DNA of 58,621 bases, the filler included, from Sphacelaria rigidula (taxonomy: Eukaryota), in assembly GCA_964200075.2 (NCBI GenBank). It is 6 parts of 6 records of this genome, joined end to end, with 100 filler letters (N's around TTAATTAATTAA, not from the genome) between each part and the next. Parts side by side here need not be neighbours in the genome. Positions count along the whole stretch, not along the records: positions 1 to 9,688 come from CAXNAA020007961.1; positions 9,789 to 19,476 come from CAXNAA020007962.1; 4 more parts are not named here. One strand, written 5' to 3'. The notes beneath the pieces were generated by a model, which saw only the letters and a program-made list of their open reading frames with translations, was not told where the DNA came from and searched no databases. Of this stretch, positions 1 to 13,025 are shown in pieces. The translations under genes were made by a program, and so were the position numbers. Every line of letters starts with the position of its first letter. Positions within the stretch are counted from its first letter, which is position 1.

Positions 1-67
1 TCTGACACACTTATGAGCCTCTTTTTTCGTGCAACCAAATACCCCCCCCCCTATCGTAGGATGACTC
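1..67. mobile_element. Right end of Sola-like MITE (same family as 3935-4187)
   Basis: Near-identical to 4120-4187 and ends in ...ccccctatcgtaggatgactc; the left part lies outside the window. Confidence 0.8.
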
Positions 68-69
68 TT

Positions 70-1850
70 CTGAAATTCGGGGCCCTCGAAGGTTTGTGTC
101 AACATTGAAATCCCCCGAATAATTTTTAGAGGCACAAGTGCAATGAAAATCCTAATTTCAAACTTGGAATAGGGGGAAAAGGATTCATTTCAAAGAGCTT
201 AAGCTGTACAGATAATCCCATATACACTATATACCGCAGATGGAATTTGTACACCGCCAAAACCTGGAATTGGGAAGAGAAAGCACTTGCTCGCGAGCAG
301 CTTCAGCTGTTCAAGTCCCGTATACTGTACGCAAGTTTTTGTTGCAGCTCACGCAATGATGACGGAACGCGATTTACTTCGGTTATGAATGCATATACCT
401 GATGAAAAACCCGTAGTCCCGTGACGACCAAACTAAAACAATATACAGGGAATAATGGAACATCTCATCGCGCGTTTGATACTGCGTACTCGGGACGTAT
501 ATTTACAACAAAAGACTGCACTGGACTGTACAATACCATTGCAAGCGGGACAGTGCGCTATACCGTGCTTATACGTGCGGCGCCATGTACTGCAGATGGC
601 TGGCTATATATATATACAATGTATAGATGCCTGAAGCTTATTTTAATATATGGGGCGGGTGTTATACACCGTCACGAACTCCAGTTTTTCACCTGCGTTC
701 CACAGCATATTTGCGCACAGCTGCTGGAGCACAGTAAGTAGGGCGTGGAAGAGAAGGGGTAAAGTACAGTACAGACAGCGCAGGACGATTAATATGTATG
801 TTCTCTACCTACAGTGCGACGCGAAAAGGACTTGAACAACGTGCAGCATATCGTACGGCCTGCTGTGTATGCTGCACTATGTTATCGGTGCATCCAGCAT
901 GCATATGGGGAGTGTGTATGCATAATAGGCGGCCGGTTAATTGTTCCTCGCATCCACCTACACCCCACGTATGTCGTCGCCGCGCGATGTCGCGACCATG
1001 AAAGAAGATGCGCTCAAGTTTCCACTAACAAGAAATACACCATATCCACCCACGGCAGTGTATATGTGTCTATATCCCTGTGCCCAACCCGTGCTCTTTG
1101 CTGCAGGCGGGTTGTGGTGGTATAGCCGGTTGGTGGTATGTACGGAGTAGATATCTTGGGGTCATGGTCCATGTACTATTAATATAGGATTGATTAAGTG
1201 ACTTTTTCTAAACATGGTTCGTGTTGGTAGACCAAGGAATACGGGGTTTTTGTGAAGTATGTGGATTAATGGGCAAGGTATACCCCGTTCCCACAGCATC
1301 TTATCACGCCTACCAGGTGGTTCGCTTGAATCACAGGTGTGGGCATACACACGTATCCAACGTGTGGGATCTCTATTTAGCGAAAGCTGTTGAGAGTTAT
1401 TCATCCCTTAACCCATGTACACATGAACTGGGGGGCAAAAGGATAAATACCTTTCAACAACTTTTTCTGCGTGTCGGCTCCCATGCGCTGGTAACGGTGT
1501 AGTATGCGGGATTTGCCCAGCTGACGCTGCTCGCAATATACCTCTTTTCCCCCAATCTCCGGATGAAATGGAGGGCAACGTGAACATGTATTTCGAGCTT
1601 CTTCTGCTGTTCAAATTCCAAATCTGTCAGTGTGCATGGGATTTGCGCAGCAGCAGAAGCTGTTCGAAACCGATCCTTTTTTCGCTCATTTCAAAAATGG
1701 GCGAAAACATTATTGATTTTGAACAGCTTCTTCTGCTGTTCGAACTAAATTCATTTTTTTTGGCGAAATAAATTGGGCGAGAAAAGGGTCTGTTTTGAAT
1801 AGCTTGTCCTGCTTTCCAAAAACATTCCTTTTTGCCCGATTGAATTCGGG
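70..1850. mobile_element. Partial copy of the non-autonomous 'CACACGCGGCCATTCGG' foldback/MITE family
   Basis: 70-330 resembles 50100-50160/50690-50950. 500-1140 is homologous to 51050-51520 and 40270-40750. Inverted gaacagc/gctgttc sub-repeats occur at 1590-1810. Confidence 0.7.
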
Positions 1851-3339
1851 TGAAGAGGAATTTACCTCGGACAGGAGGACAAGCTATTGAAAAAATATAT
1901 AAATTTACAGATTTTGTACCAAAATATGTTGAATTTAAAAAAAAAAAAGGTCAGGGTTGTTTACCGAAACACTACCACATGACTGTGCAGGGCTTTGCCG
2001 ACAAGCCTACACAGGGCTGTAAACCCAACCCTGGGGAAAACCCTATCAAAACGCTACGAGGGGTACAGGTTTGGATTTTCACTGTCAGGGTTTTTTCACA
2101 AATACTGTGGAGGACCCTTTACGGACCCTGCACAGTGCGCCCCACAGGGTGCTATCTGTCCACGGGTGCATGATGTACCGGTTCAGAGGGGATGTTCATG
2201 TGAACGGGTACACTGAGTGAACATGCACATGTACGGATAGATTTATGCTGACGCACGGGTACTGGTGGTCAAGTCTGTGTGACTACAGTACCATACTCAG
2301 GCCGGCTGCGGCTCTGCCGTCTGAGTTCACTCCACATATGATCCCTCTATCATAGGATCGACTCCGTCAAGGCACTCTCCAATAATACAAAAGACAAAAC
2401 TATCTATCCTTCGCCACGGGCCATGGAGTATAGTGTATGGTGCGTACGGTGCCGCAGTGTACGGTACAGTCAATGTTGTGCCGGTCTGTGCACTTTCGTA
2501 CAGGACGCTGGTCGATCGTACATTTGCCGGGGCAACCTGTGGCCAATCACTGCGACAAAAAACAAATCACGTCAAGTCACGTCACACCAGCTCCCTGTTA
2601 GAATTTTCAACGGCTCCCATTAGGGTTGGCCTAAGACCAACTGTTATGGCAACGAATCTCGATTGTTTTGAGACCCTGATCTTGAAAAAATCGAGGGGAA
2701 TCAAATTCGCGAACTCAAAATCGGGGGGGACGTTTTATGGTACAGACAGACAATAGTATCAAAGAATTGTGAAACAGTTCTGTACACAGACGGCCATTTC
2801 TGCATGGGTGCGGTACTGCGTACTCGTACATGAAGCCGACGAGTAGACAGGCGGTGACTGATCCTTCGAGTACAGTGTCGTACATTGGTACCCTAGGGTG
2901 ATACAGTGCAGGTCACTTCATCAGTAGAGTGCATGATAATGCCGTGTGGTAGTACATGATGACACAGTCGATTTTGCCAGAACAGTGAACAAACGGTTCG
3001 CGAGCAGAGCTTAGTAGTGCAGTGCCGTACATCACCCGTTAAGTCCAGCAACAATAGACTGGGAGAGTACAGTAGCAATCGTTACAGTGATATATATGGC
3101 AGCGTAGCGCAGCATAAAGTGTTACCGTCGCCGCAGCGTACGGCGTCAGCACTTATTGTGCGCTAGTCAAGCCCCGTGCAAAGCTGCTTCAGCAACTGAC
3201 GCAGGCACGCCCTGCGCTGTCACGAGACTGTCTTCTGCTACCGTTGCAAAATATCAAACGCCTTGTCCCCCACTATTATACGTCAATGCACGTACGTCAC
3301 CCCAAACAAATCGGGGGGAGTCACGATTTTTACGTCCAA

Positions 3340-3620
3340 GACTTGGTCCGAATCAACAGCGGGTCCTGAAAAATAAGGTTCATCTCAGAAATGAGGTTCA
3401 AGTGGCATATCCTTTTTGTAAGGACGACGCCAAACAGTAGCACAGAGCGAAACCATCTTTCCCCCCAAAACTCCGCAACTGTGAACCATCAGCTGTGGCT
3501 AAATGCACCGGACGACTGCGGTGTACACGCGTGTCGATGACGATATCACCAGAGAGAGAAGCAACGATAGAGAGGAAGCTCCTCGCCCGTGTCCTTTGTG
3601 TGCCCTCGCTGGGCGATTAC
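3340..3620 (-). pseudogene. Decayed retropepsin (LTR-retrotransposon aspartic protease) remnant
   Basis: The minus strand reads GAC ACG GG/GCG AGG AGC TTC CTC, i.e. DTG-ARSFL with a 1-nt frameshift. It continues VHLATADGSQLRSFG and later PSLG, a typical retropepsin layout. Confidence 0.5.
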
Positions 3621-3934
3621 TATTCGCTGGAGAGACTCTGGCATCATGCATGTTACCAGCACGTGCCAAATTTCTCATGTGCCTGTAGGTATCCCCAAAG
3701 TACATCGAGCTGCGGAGAGATTTCGTCTCTTTGTTTGTGGAGGTCACCAATGCGAAGATCGATTTCTCTCTACCTCTCCTTTTGGACAGGACGCGCTTTT
3801 GTGCGCTGAAAAACTGGGCAATGTTCCCGTCACGGCTACTACTGTTCTCTGTCACACACATGCCAGCAAGGACGGTGCGCTACGCGGCAAAAATTACAGA
3901 TGATCCAATTTGAACTTGGGGGGTGTTATTCATC

Positions 3935-4187
3935 GAGTCATCCTACGATAGGGGGGAGGGGGGTATTTTGGGCCATTTGTTGCTCGAAATTTCGAGTCAA
4001 ATCGTCGTTGAAACCAGCAACGGTTGTTCGAAAAAGCGTGTTGTGGATCGATAACGCTCATCCATACTGCCTGGCACCGTTTGGAACCAAATACAACCGC
4101 ACCGCAAGTGTGGAAGGATGTCTGACACACTCATGAGCCTCTTTTTTCGTGCAACCAAATACCCCTCCCCCTATCGTAGGATGACTC
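3935..4187. mobile_element. Complete 253-bp MITE, GAG..CTC termini, 4-bp TSD CATC (Sola-like)
   Basis: TIRs GAGTCATCCTACGATAGGGGG / CCCCCTATCGTAGGATGACTC; CATC at 3931-3934 and 4188-4191. Confidence 0.85.
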
Positions 4188-4927
4188 CATCGTTGATTTC
4201 ACCCGACATGAGCACAAGAGCTTGCCACAGGCCGGTTGGGGTGTGTGTGAGAGAGAGATCAAATCTTGTGGACACCTTCTTGACATGCGGAGTGAAAAAT
4301 GATACCCAACTATTGCTAGCGTGGTTCAGAGGGGTGCGTCAGCTGCAATCTGGAGCTTTCGTTGCTCTACTCTACTAGCTTCCGTCTGCACAGCTAGTAA
4401 GAACATGTTATTACATACCCAAATTCGGAACAGCTTCTGTATGGAAACAAGACAGTTCGTTTTCGAAACTACGTCCAGATCATTGAAATGGTTCTTCTTA
4501 CCCGAGGAACTGCGGCTTCCCCATCCCGCCGTCAGGTATGAAACAAGGACGAAAGAGTTTTTGGAAGTGCATGTGACGCCCACGGGAGAACGCAGAGTTT
4601 CTCGTGTATGAAGACCTCCGTTTTCCTACCTGCAAATAGTTTTATGCCCGTTGCTTTTTAATAAGAGTGTTAAGCAGTCGATTTGTGTTCCGTACTGTAC
4701 TGATTGGCGGATGCCAATCGCAGCAAAGTTTGGTGGTGCTATTCAAAAGTATCTTCGAACGTTTGAACGGACCCCAAGCGGACACTTTTCCTCAACACAA
4801 GTACAAGTCTTACTCCTTCACACTTCGCCTCAATGCGAATGCATACTAGTTCCAACCACCCAGCTCAGTACAACCGTCGCGGCACTCAAGGACGAAATAA
4901 GAACGGGTAACAAAGCCAGACGGAACT

Positions 4928-5373
4928 CAGATTTTGAATGTGTTGATCAGCTTGACGAGATGACGGTGCCTGTGTCTGCTGAGGTACTTGGTCCCTATGT
5001 CGGCGTGTTGGTCTTCGGTCTTAACGTAACGAATGTCGATCATTCCCTCCTTGACTAATTCCTAGATGAAAAAGTACCGTAGAGCTACGTGCTTAACTCT
5101 CGAGCTGTAGGTTCGGTTGCCTGCGACGTGAAGTGTTCAAGTGTTGTCGGTGTAGACGGGGACAGAGTCGAAGCGTGTGCCAAACCCCATCTCCCGTATC
5201 ATATTCGAGAAAATTATGACTTCCTTTATGATAAGTGCAGCGGCCACGAGTTCTGCTCCCATGGTCGATTGCGCCGTCAATCCTTGTAGTCCCACGTTAA
5301 AACTAATGGGGCCATTCGAGAGAAAAGTTATATATGATAGATTGCCCTGTGTCCAGAGCGCTTCCAATTTCAA
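4928..5373 (-). pseudogene. Ty1/Copia RNase H fragment of an internally deleted element
   Basis: GPISF..LQGLTAQSTMGAELVAA...VYTDNT, then SSRVKHVALRYFFI*ELVKEG..VKTEDQHADIGTK. A Copia-type PBS-like AGTTATGGGCAG lies on the - strand at ~5464-5475. Confidence 0.85.
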
Positions 5374-6525
5374 TTTATTTTGGTGTTTGGGACGTTGCCG
5401 TCTCGGATTTCGGCGGCGAACCCGAAGTGGTCTCGGCTGGGCCCTCTACTCTAAGATAAAGGTCTGCCCATAACTTATTTTGTATTCACAAGTGGTATTT
5501 ATCTCCTTACGGTAGGTTGTGGAGAGACTGGTGGACTCGTTTCAGTACCAACACCCCCAGGTATCATCATGTAAATGCTTTGTCTTGTGTGTCGTTCGAA
5601 TCACCTGTTGCATGCTAATGATAATAACAACTGCCTCTACTGCAGTATGGTTGTGCCCTTGCATTCCTTGACTTAAACTACGCTCCCCGCGTCTCGTACA
5701 CAGTTCATGATAAACAGAGCATGTCGGTGGCGTTTATTTCATGCATATCCGTTTTTGAACTGGTACGGTATACTAGCTGGTGCAGCACGGAGCATGTGGC
5801 AGTACTAGATCGAAAACCTGGTTCACCACACCTTCAAGTGCAACAACGATAGACTCGCTGGCATCTCTTCTGCGTGTTTTCGAATAAATCGTGATGAAAC
5901 ATGAGGAACAATACCGTGACGGGCTGCTACATGGGAGTACAACGCTGTAGTGCACAAGCGCGCTGGCACGGTGTCGGCAATACGGAAATGCTAGCGCGCG
6001 TGCTGCTCGAAAATAACACGCTCCGCTAGTGTAATCTAATTCAGTGCATTTTATTGAATTTCAATGCAGAGGTTACCCTTCGGGTGTGGAGCCGATACTG
6101 TGTACCAACCGCGGCGTGACGCCTGCAGCGGTACTACATGCTCACTGCACAAGCACACCGCAGAACGTCGCACCCTTAGCCTATCCCTGTTCTGCAGTGA
6201 TTTCGCGTTGTCCTATGCAGTTCGCCACACCACGCGTGCAGCCTGTTCAAGTGATTCAAATACCCAGCAATGCTGGATCTCCGCAGAACCGGGGATCGGG
6301 GTGACGTACGAGTACCGACAGGCAAGTGTGTGCAAATGCGGTACAGTGCAGCTGAGGGTGCAGGAGCAGCCTGGCCCTCGAGCTTACTCTCTTTCAGCTA
6401 CCCTCCATCTCATCAGCACTCTCCCAAGTTACAGTAGAACTTGGATGCTCTTCAATAAAAGATCTAAAACCATTACCCTGTGCCTGAGCCAAGGAATACA
6501 CTAGTGATCAATCGATTGGGCAAGT

Positions 6526-9400
6526 ATGGCTAGGAACGATAGCAACGCTCGGTCTTCTGGTGAAAGGCTAGACGGGCTGACGAATCAAATTGAAAACACG
6601 ATGAATCTGTTCAGTGGTCAGTATACCACACTGACCGAGATGGTCAGAGACGTACAATCTACACAAACTGTGATCCACGATAGCGTGGATGGCATCGAAG
6701 ATCGAGAGTTCGGAGGCGCGAGGTGGAGTGGCGTCGTCGAAAGCGAAGAAGACCAAGCAACACAACAACACCAGAATGACAGCTCAGCCAACCACAGCAC
6801 ACCTCAAGGTCGAAGACGCAGCCGCGAGGGCGAGCAGGGAGCTCCGAGCGGGAGCGACCACAGGAGAGCAAGCGACGGAGCAAGGGATGTAGACCCCGCA
6901 AGTGAGTCTGTCACAGTATTCGGTCGCGAGCGACCAAGTGTCCACAATGTTTCTCGGGTTCCAGTTTTCAAGGCAACTGTACCTAAGTTCTCTGGGAAGA
7001 GTTCAGAGTTCAACCACTACAGTCACGAACTAATCATGTTTGCCAGGAGCGAAGCAATTGATTGGGTATTTACTATGTCGGAAGATTGGGCATACGATGT
7101 GGAGGTGCGAAACAAGGCGTTATCCTTGAGTTATCTTGAAGTAAGGCACGTAAAGGGCACTGTAGCTGCAAACGTGAGAGCGAGGCAAATGTTGGTGGCG
7201 AGTCTCGAACATAAGCGAGACCGGGATGTTCTGTTCCGAACACCGTCTCCTGCAGCTGTGTGGCGTGAGTTGAACGATTTCTACAGCCCAGAGATCAACG
7301 GGGCTAGATTAGCTCTCCTAGAAAAATATGATCACGTGAAGATTGGAGTTCGCGGTGATCCCGTTTAAAAACTAATCGAGATGGAAGAGGTGGCGAGGGA
7401 ATTACAATCACACGACTACAACATCATCCTGACGGAGTCACAAACCCTCCTCAAATTTGTCAATGCGCTTCCTTGCGAGTATAACTACCAAACACAGGCG
7501 TTGGAGGAGTGCGAGGGTCCGCTCACGAGGGAATTCGGAGTGACGTCGGTTCGAAAACGTTTCGAATCGGCACTTTTCAAGCAGGAACTCGCCAAGAGAA
7601 AGAAGGCTTCCCCGGGTGACCAGGCCCTTGCCGTCAAGGGCCATCCCAGCAAGCCTAACGTCTCACACCGGAAAGGTAAACCGGGAAAGACCCAGAACCC
7701 AGGCCGCGCGGGTGATGGGGGGCAGGGCAAAAACAACCAGTCGCTGGCTCCATCATCAACGGGCCAGTCGGGGGCTGCGACGCCGTGGAGGTGCCACGTT
7801 TGTAAGAAGATGACCACACATCGGGCGAGAGACTGTCCAGACAGGTGTTGCGCTAGGTGCGGGAAGAGAGGACATCACTTGATTGACTGTCAAAGCACTG
7901 CGGAGGACGCGGCGATTGTGATGGGCGTGGTGGAAGACCTGGTGGACGACGACTCAGTGTGTTCGGATGCTGATGCAGAAGCTTTCACCAGCATCGACAT
8001 GACGATGGATGAGGTCAACACAGGTGAGTATGCGTTTGTAACTGGGAAGGGGTATGTGGAGCAGTCAGATGAGGGCGAACCGTGGGTACTTGACACGGGG
8101 GCCACTTCGCACTTTTCTCCTGATTCGAGTAAGGTGCCGGATTATAGAAAATGCAATGTTTGGGTACTACGGTGTGCGGGCGGTGGTACCTACCCGAACG
8201 TGGGAAGAAGAAACTTGACTCCATCTTTACGATCTGACGGACGTGATGTAGTCTTGCATTTGAAAACTGTAGACCACGCTCCTTGCGTCCGTCATCATCT
8301 GTTGTCATTGACCAGGATGTCTAACGCAGGTCACACCTACATTGGGTCTAGCAACGGCTTCCGGGTTGAGTTGAAGTCAGGCAATACCCTGAAAATCCCC
8401 GGTCAGCACAGACAATTGATAATGCACGCCCAACGCATCTATCCAAATGGTCATGACAAGCATGCGTCAGTATGCGCTGTGATTGCCCCGGGGAAACTAC
8501 CTAACCCCCGAATTGATTATATCAACGATTTCCATTGCAAACACGCACATGCACACGAGGATCTGCTACCGCAGACTGCAAAGCAGCTCGGAGTGGAGCT
8601 GCGCGGCGAGTTGAGACCGCGCCGATGATACTCGGAAGGAAAAGGGCTGCGACAGCCCATCCCAAGATCAACCCACACACGAGCGGTTGAGCTAGCTTCC
8701 AGAGTGTTTGTCGATCTTACAGGTCCGAAACCAGTTAGATCTCGGGGAGGAAAGTTGTACATGATGATAGTACGTGATGATTGCTCGCGGCATACCAGAT
8801 TGTTTTTTCTGAGCACAAAGGACGAGACTGTACAGTGCTTTAGTAAATACATCGCAGAAATCCACCCGCGAAAAATCGAGAAGGTCCGCAGTGATGGTGG
8901 AGGTGAATTTTTGGAGGGGGCGTTCGTGGAACTATGTGATGGAGAGAAAATAAAGCAAGAGAAACCAACTGCTGACTCCCCACAGTTCAACGGCGCAGCG
9001 GAACAGGCAATTGGCATCATAAAGTTGGCCGGCCTTGCAGCCAAAATTCAGGCATCGGATATGTACCAGAACCAGAATATTCCCACTAGCACGAATCTGC
9101 GGGCGGAACAAGCTAACTGGGCATGCCATGCTTTGAACTATACTGCGACCTCGGCCAACCCGGCAAAGAAGATGCCACTCGAAATGTGGCACGGAGTACC
9201 ACCGGCAAACAACCTTCTTCCTCTTTTAAAGCCTGGATATTGTAGGGTTCAGAGGCCAGACAAGTTACAACGAAAAGCTCAGAGGTGCTGGTACGTTAGC
9301 CCAGCCCCAGGATACCCGCGCGATGCTATGAGAGTAATGACGGAAACAGGATAAACTATTACGACCAGGCACGCAACATGGGTGTATGTTCCCCCAACTC
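6526..9400 (+). mobile_element. Ty1/Copia gag-protease-integrase polyprotein with in-frame nonsense codons (RT/RH absent before the gap)
   Basis: ORFs 6526-7368, 7381-8628 and 8704-9354 share one frame. Motifs: two Zn knuckles (CHVC..H..C; CARCGKRGHHLIDC), protease WVLDTGATSH, integrase FVDLTGP / RSDGGGEF / NGAAE. PR-IN order is Copia-type. Confidence 0.92.
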
Positions 9401-9688
9401 CTCTCCCCGCCCCACGGCGAGCCATCCCGACGCCCGACGGAGCAAGGGATGACAAGATCGAAGGAGGGCCGGCCGGCAGCGAGTCTGCTAAGTAACAAAC
9501 TCCGGTGGCGCGTGCTTCACCCCGCGGTTCACGTCACGTGTCGTTCTTGCTCCCCAACTCAGAGCTGAACGCAGACACGGCACAACAGACCCCCGCTATT
9601 GGCGGAGGGGGGTGAGATGACCTCGCCGCCTCCTTGCAGACGCGGGGGGTGTACTCATGATCATGCATGCCATAGTCATAAGACCATT

Positions 9689-9788
9689 NNNNNNNNNNNN
9701 NNNNNNNNNNNNNNNNNNNNNNNNNNNNNNNNTTAATTAATTAANNNNNNNNNNNNNNNNNNNNNNNNNNNNNNNNNNNNNNNNNNNN
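9689..9788. other. Assembly spacer (N44-TTAATTAATTAA-N44)
   Basis: Six-frame stop linker flanked by Ns; it is artificial. Confidence 0.97.
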
Positions 9789-9829
9789 GTGGAGAAAGTA
9801 CTGTTTTGGGCTCGAAGCTCATTTCATTG

Positions 9830-10980
9830 ATGAACCTCATTTTATAGAATCCTCTGTTAGATGATGTGATCATCATAGGGAGCCCTACGATGGAGGCGCT
9901 GGGTATTGACGTGTACAGTAGCTTAGGTGCTTGTGCACGTGCAAGAAACACTTCGGTGCGAGGTGTGAACATGCCTGATTTTACGGACTGTCGGCGTATC
10001 AGTATTGCGGTTGACGCTATATAGCAACCAGGAGATCGGGCGGAGTCCGTTTATTCCTCAGTCGGGCGGGTGTTGTCGAGAAGCCCGACGATGAGCATAT
10101 TCCCGGAACAAGAGCTTGCTGAGCTTGATGTTGCGCTGGAGGAGGCAATACAAGTCGCCTCGGATAAGGGCATATCGGAGAGCGATGTAAGCCAGATTTG
10201 TGAGCCTGTACGGAACAGAGCGAGCATTTTTAGGCGAGTGCTGCATGGTTCTCCGCCTGCTCGCGTCGAGCCCTTGAAGGTGAAATTCAAACCTGCTGCT
10301 GTGGAGGTAAAGGCTCGGCCGAGGGCGTACTTTCCGGTCAGGATGGCGTGGTTGGCACGCTGCATCGCAACATTGGTGGCGCTCGGGCTCGTGTACTACA
10401 GTTTGCAGGTAGAGTGGGCGAGAGCGGCGATTGCAACGCCCGAGAAGTCCTGTTTTCGCTGGATGAGTGCATACAAGGCAAGGAATGAAGTTTCCCGTCA
10501 CCACAAGGAAGTGGTGCACGGTGCTCGCCCAGGGAAGGTGCTTCATTTCAATTTTCTCAGTGTTGGCCAGGGCGGTCCGTGGGGAGATCATGGCTTGGAC
10601 GAAGGAGATCCGTTCAAGTACATATTGGTAAGGATGGATGACCTTAGCAACTTTGTGCGGTTGACGCCCGTGGAGTCTTGTACGGCGGCGACGACGGTGA
10701 AGCATCTGCTGACATGGTGCAAAGCGCTGGGGCCGCAGGAGGGATGGGTCAGCGATACGGTATCGCAATATGAGAATCGTGTGGTGAGAGTGCTCAAAAG
10801 GGCGCTGATGGATCGCAGATTCGTGGTGGCCAACTCGCGGTTGTCACATCGTGAATGTGAGCGAATGGTGCGTGACATTGTTCGTACCTTGAAGGTCATC
10901 ATACAGAGAGGAAGACGCAATGCCAACGCCTGGGTGGCTTTGGTACCTGCCGTGCAGTGGGCATTGCACACTGGTTTCGG
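9830..10980 (+). pseudogene. Ty3/Gypsy pol remnant: protease tail and RT start fused directly to integrase (internal deletion)
   Basis: FRRVLHGSPPARVEPLKV..EWARAAIATPEK jumps at ~10510 to VHGARPGKVLHFNFL..MDDLSNFV..WVSDT..ERMVRDI..VQWALHT; homologous to 29364-31300 and 53500-56180. Confidence 0.88.
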
Positions 10981-12289
10981 GACAGCTGTGAGAGCTGTTG
11001 CTGCATCTAGGATGCGAGGAGCGACCGTTGGAGTGGAAATGCTACTCTACGGTTTGGACGAGATTGTAGCCGGAGAGCTGCTGTTTCTCAGGAGGAGCGC
11101 AGGAGAATTAAAGGCAGGCATTACCTGAGGTGCTCGATGTTGCGGTGAGCGCAGGGTTGGGTGACGTTAAGGAGCAAGTACTAATGGAATTGCTTGTTGA
11201 GAATGAGGAAGCACCTTGTGACTTGTATACCTGAATCGTTTTGTGGACGATTGTAGGTGATGGTGGTGTGGTTCCTGGACCTGTGTGTTGTGTTGCTCTG
11301 GTTGGCACGCATGATACATGGTGGTTTCTGCAAAGAAGCTGCTGAGTGAAATATGAGCATGCAGGTGTGACTGATGTGCATGGTATCTGATGAAGAGTCA
11401 GAGTGAGGCAGTTTTCAATACGCTGCTGTGTGCTGAATGAAATAAAGCTCGTATATTATTGTTCGCGCAAAAAGTGGAATCATCTTTGTGCGGTTTGCAA
11501 AAACTGACTGTAGGAGATGGTGATTGCTACTGCTGGCGTGAAAATGAGCGGAAACTACGAAATGCGTAGGCTTGTATGTGAACAAGTGTAACGTGAGTAT
11601 TTCCAGGGGTTGACGATAAAAGAAATCGTGCGCGAATACAGTGATATTTTACTGTGGCACATCTTTGATGGCTTGTCATGTGTTTGGATAAGCGCGTGGA
11701 TGATGTTTCGCATCTGAAAAATGGAGAATGTGGATGGTGTGCCCATTTTTCTGGAAGGAGCACCGCATATTTGTTCTGAGCTGCGTCAGTTGGAACTGAG
11801 TCAAAAGGTGCGAGCACGATTGTAGGCAAAGTACGGTATCAAGCTTTGAGTGCATGGTATGATTGAATGCTACGGTTCGAAAGGGTATTATCCTCGGCGC
11901 GTTTGCTTTGTGTGAGCATGCCACGACTCGAAATTGCCGTTGAATGAATTATTGACTCCAATAAATTCGATTGAGACGCTATGTTCAAGTGTCATTGTTC
12001 AGCGTTTTGCAAATGATCATTTTCTTTGTGAACATGACATAGCATGGTCATGTGTCACTAACAGGCAGACAAAGGTAGCATGAACGTGTTTGTCGGTGTC
12101 TACTGTTTGTCAAACTTGCTTTCTACTTCGCGTAGTGCGGAGTTTCGGGGGTGCTGTAAGTTAGTCCACCTCCAGTACACGTACGTGCAGGTTCATGATG
12201 ATATACAAGTGGAACAATCTGCTGTAGGCGTTTTCTATTGGTTGACAGACTTGCGGGTCTGGTCGGCAGACTGTGTGGATTTGAACATC

Positions 12290-12430
12290 ACATGCTTCAC
12301 GCATGTGGTTACTTCCGATAACGAAGGTTGTGTGTTTATGAATAACAACTGTCTTGAAGTCTCCAAGCCCTAGTGAGGGAGGAAGCCCTTGGAGCAGTCT
12401 TCTGACCTTGTTCTGAGTCCAGGAGGGCTC
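12290..12430 (+). repeat. LTR-like segment related to 17820-17960
   Basis: Shared ttacttc..taacgaag..gtcttgaagtctc..agccc..ggaggaagcc..tggagcag..accttg; the 17.8-kb copy lies just upstream of a Gypsy gag. Confidence 0.5.
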
Positions 12431-12529
12431 TATAGTGTACATACACTCACAATCAGTGTATGGGATTTGAAACCAGCCAAGGCTGTTGAAGACTTCGATC
12501 CGCTTGCCTAATTGATATATGAAATGGGG

Positions 12530-13025
12530 GGCAATACGATGAATTTTCAACGACTTCTGCTGTTTCTCGATACTCATCCACTGATACGGTGCAGTATGTG
12601 GGACTTGAACAGCAGAAGCTTCTCGAAAATGAGTATTTTTTGCCCAATTTCAGGTATTGGCGGGCAAAATGAGGATTTCTTTCGAACAGTTTCTGGTGTA
12701 CAAATTCCATTTGCGAGAGTATATGGGATTTGCACAGCCTCTGCTGTTCGAAAGAACTCCTTTTTGCCTGATTCCGATAATTTGGAATCAGGATTTTTTT
12801 CGAACAGCAGAGACTGTGAAAATTCCAGATTTCCATAGCACTTTTGCCTCCAAAAACAATCCAGGGGATTCTAATTTCGACACCGACCTTCGAGGGCCCC
12901 GACATTGAAAGTCCTCTGGAGGATTAAGAACACCCAAGATCCTTGAGGGGGGATTTCGAAACGGACGGAACCGAGGATGACGTTTGAAAATTCCTCTACG
13001 AGGTAGCCGAATGGCCGCGTGTGTA
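12530..13025. mobile_element. Right arm of CACACG-family foldback element
   Basis: Ends ...gtagccgaatggccgcgtgtg|TA; carries ttcgaacagc sub-repeats and is homologous to 41160-41800. Confidence 0.75.

Noticed and set aside
5973-6500. 5' LTR of the 6.5-kb Copia element
   Set aside because: TG..CA and AATAAA are plausible, but there is no second copy, TSD or clear PBS in the window to confirm the boundaries.
7366-7380. Programmed stop read-through between gag and pol
   Set aside because: The stop falls mid-gag and other in-frame stops hit conserved motifs, which fits simple decay.
9689-9788. TTAATTAATTAA palindrome within N runs (five occurrences)
   Set aside because: Artificial scaffolding linker; ORFs ending in X..LIN are artefacts of it.
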